Origin: Piptocephalis cylindrospora
Taxonomy: Eukaryota
Reading direction: 5' to 3'
Length of the DNA: 33,129 nucleotides
Assembly (NCBI GenBank): GCA_003614145.1
Contig: KZ987744.1
Span: 1 to 33,129, forward strand
Numbering within the stretch: the first letter of the stretch is position 1; each line of letters starts with the position of its first letter. A model generated the notes under the pieces. It made no database searches. It was not told where the DNA came from and saw only the letters and a program-made list of their open reading frames with translations. Positions 31,150 through 33,129 of this stretch are shown here, piece by piece. The position numbers and the translations under genes are program-made.

Positions 31150-32505
31150 TTAAGGAAGGAGATTTCGTTGTCTCCATCCATTTACAATGTCGAGGGCCAA
31201 GGCACCGGTAAGTTTCTCAATCTCGTAGACAAATCCAGTCTCACGACAGATCTTGGACCCGTCCATTCCATAGTAGTGCTGGTACATTTCCTCGGGGAAC
31301 AGCTGAGCCTCAAGGGGTGTCTGGGCGATGCCTGCCTCCTTGAGCATGGAAGCCCATACTGTGCAATGTCTTTTATTCATAGAATCGAGTGCAGCATTAA
31401 GACGCATTATATGGCAAATAGGGACGCGTAGAATGGGCCCGATATATCGGTAGGACGAGGCCATGACGTTGGATAGAATATCAATGAGCTCACAATGCCG
31501 AAGGTCCGAGGGGTCAGCCATATGGTAGAGCCGACAGTTGGAAGGAAGGGCGTTTGTAGCTTTGTGGGGGACCTTGGACCGTTTTCTTTCCGGATTTCCA
31601 CTAAAAAGGGAAAATACGTTCATCCGGATCGAAGAGGGGAGAGAAGATGAGGAAACGGAGGATAGAGAGTATGAGGGAGCGTTGGTGGAGATAGAGGATG
31701 CACCATCTGAGGAGAAACTCTCCATTTCGCTAGTTTTGGCCATATGCTTGGCCCCTGGAGCTATGAGGGAAGGGGTTCCAGGGCTAAGCGTGATCTCGGC
31801 CCATTTGCATAAATGCCAGACGGCCCGGGCGACATCATGGACATGAACCGTGGCTACACGAGCATCCCGATTGCTGGGGAAGCAGTAATCCTCTTGGAGA
31901 TACCCATAAAGACGAGTAAATACCATGAATCGGGAAAAGTTGTAAAGGCAATCAGGGCCATAAAACTCGGAGCACCTCAGGATGACTACGGGGATGCCCG
32001 GGACTTGGACAGCTTTCTCAGCGGCGATTACGCTCTGTGAAAAGGGGATATGGGGCCTGGGTTCAGTTAGGTCCTCTTCCATGGCCTGTCCCATGGAGGA
32101 GTGATAACGAAACGCAATTCCGTTGGAAAGATGGATCAAGACCCTACAGCCTTCCTTGGCGGCCATTTCGGCGACATTGCGAGCGACAGCCAGGGTGTGT
32201 CGATCATACCATGCCTCTGGCATGGCATACCTCACCTCAAAGGAGCCCTGGATGACATAGTCCCACGGACGTCCATCATCACGATGAAAGGCTCGAGCGG
32301 CAGTCTCAGGGCTATCGACAACTAGTTGCAAATACTCCACATTATCCAATATGGTCTGGTGCTCCAGGGAAAAGTAAGAATTCGCAGGATGAAGGTAATC
32401 CACTACCCGAATCTCGGAGGCAAATTGATTATTGACCAGGTAGGCAACAATATGGCGACCCGTCGGTTGGATTCCTCCAAATATAATAACTTTTGGCCTC
32501 TCCAT
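31150..32505 (-). CDS. Atypical/extended SDR (NAD-dependent epimerase/dehydratase-like Rossmann-fold protein), 451 aa
   Basis: N-terminal KVIIFGG...GRHIVAYLV..IRVVD, then WDYVI, LIHLS, VVILRCSEFYGP, VATVHVHDVARAVWHL, and C-terminal MDGSKICRETGF.Y. Single exon. Confidence 0.85.
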   Translation of the reverse strand: MERPKVIIFGGIQPTGRHIVAYLVNNQFASEIRVVDYLHPANSYFSLEHQTILDNVEYLQLVVDSPETAARAFHRDDGRPWDYVIQGSFEVRYAMPEAWYDRHTLAVARNVAEMAAKEGCRVLIHLSNGIAFRYHSSMGQAMEEDLTEPRPHIPFSQSVIAAEKAVQVPGIPVVILRCSEFYGPDCLYNFSRFMVFTRLYGYLQEDYCFPSNRDARVATVHVHDVARAVWHLCKWAEITLSPGTPSLIAPGAKHMAKTSEMESFSSDGASSISTNAPSYSLSSVSSSSLPSSIRMNVFSLFSGNPERKRSKVPHKATNALPSNCRLYHMADPSDLRHCELIDILSNVMASSYRYIGPILRVPICHIMRLNAALDSMNKRHCTVWASMLKEAGIAQTPLEAQLFPEEMYQHYYGMDGSKICRETGFVYEIEKLTGALALDIVNGWRQRNLLP

Positions 32506-33129
32506 GAGGAATGGGGAGTGGGGGAGGAATAAATATTGAAATATAAAGTGGACCAGCGTAGGAGAAAGAAGAGGAGGAAGAGGAGGAAGAGGCAGGATAT
32601 ATGAATGAATATGGTCGGAAAGAAAGAAAGAAAATCAAAACTTTTGTAGAGGACATGGGACTAAATAAACTGCCGAGATATTCAAGGATTCAGTTTCAAT
32701 AAATGCTGATACTCCCAGATGATACGAGCAAGATATGTGAATGATTCTGCTGAGTTTAGCTCGGAAATGGGAAGGTGTTGAAAGCTCGTTATTGGCCTTG
32801 AAGATTCATCATCGTAGGGTATAGGGCATTTGACCCTTCACACTACACTACTATGTGCAGGGTAGCATTCGGGTCTATCTGCCTATGCGGCAGGCGAAAT
32901 TTTTCTAGGTAAGCCCTACAGAGCAATATAGCTGGCATGGAGGCCAGAAAATAAATGGGTTTTCAAAGCAAGTCCTTCACGCCACATGATAAATACGAGG
33001 AGGATTGGGTATGGCACTGTGCTAGGGGGTGGCTGATTGAACGGCTAACTGCCTCGTGGAAAACGATATCTTGGGTAGAGTAAGAGCGGATTGGACCTAT
33101 AATCTTCTTAGGCTCTCAGGGATGCCTCA

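Noticed and set aside
32690..32813. Minus-strand ATGATGA...CTGA pair resembling a C/D snoRNA, with a word loosely similar to 18S rRNA (GTTGAAAGCTCGT)
   Set aside because: No terminal stem, the rRNA-like match is imperfect and not adjacent to a D/D' box, and the region is the SDR promoter.

Overview
Eukaryotic, gene-dense fungal DNA with short GT-AG spliceosomal introns, mostly about 60-105 nt. The gene content and style suggest an early-diverging fungus, possibly Zoopagomycota; this is inference and the organism is not identified. Manual splicing recovers a housekeeping block: RPL33/eL33, BUD20, RAD18, an ADF-H+PH protein with a frameshift at a C-run, a hypothetical protein, a Nup2/Nup50-like FG nucleoporin, GET2/CAML-like, and RAX2-like with a C-terminal SH3. 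A roughly 5.5-kb accessory-looking island follows: a small secreted peptide, an RNI-type LRR protein with a C-terminal F-box-like motif, a hypothetical ORF, a 7TM GPCR-like protein, and a decayed reading frame of about 410 codons. The window ends with an IBTK/Btb1-like ANK-RCC1-BTB gene, ATP15 and an atypical SDR. The most notable observations are (1) a Nup2/Nup50-like protein whose importin-alpha-binding motif appears split between the two ends and which lacks a Ran-binding domain, (2) an unusually long RPL33 intron with a perfect (GGAT)6/(ATCC)6 stem enclosing a cryptic donor site, and (3) the LRR-then-F-box architecture in the accessory island. No rRNA, tRNA, CRISPR array or intact mobile element was recognised. 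All family calls come from recognising motifs by eye; no searches were run.
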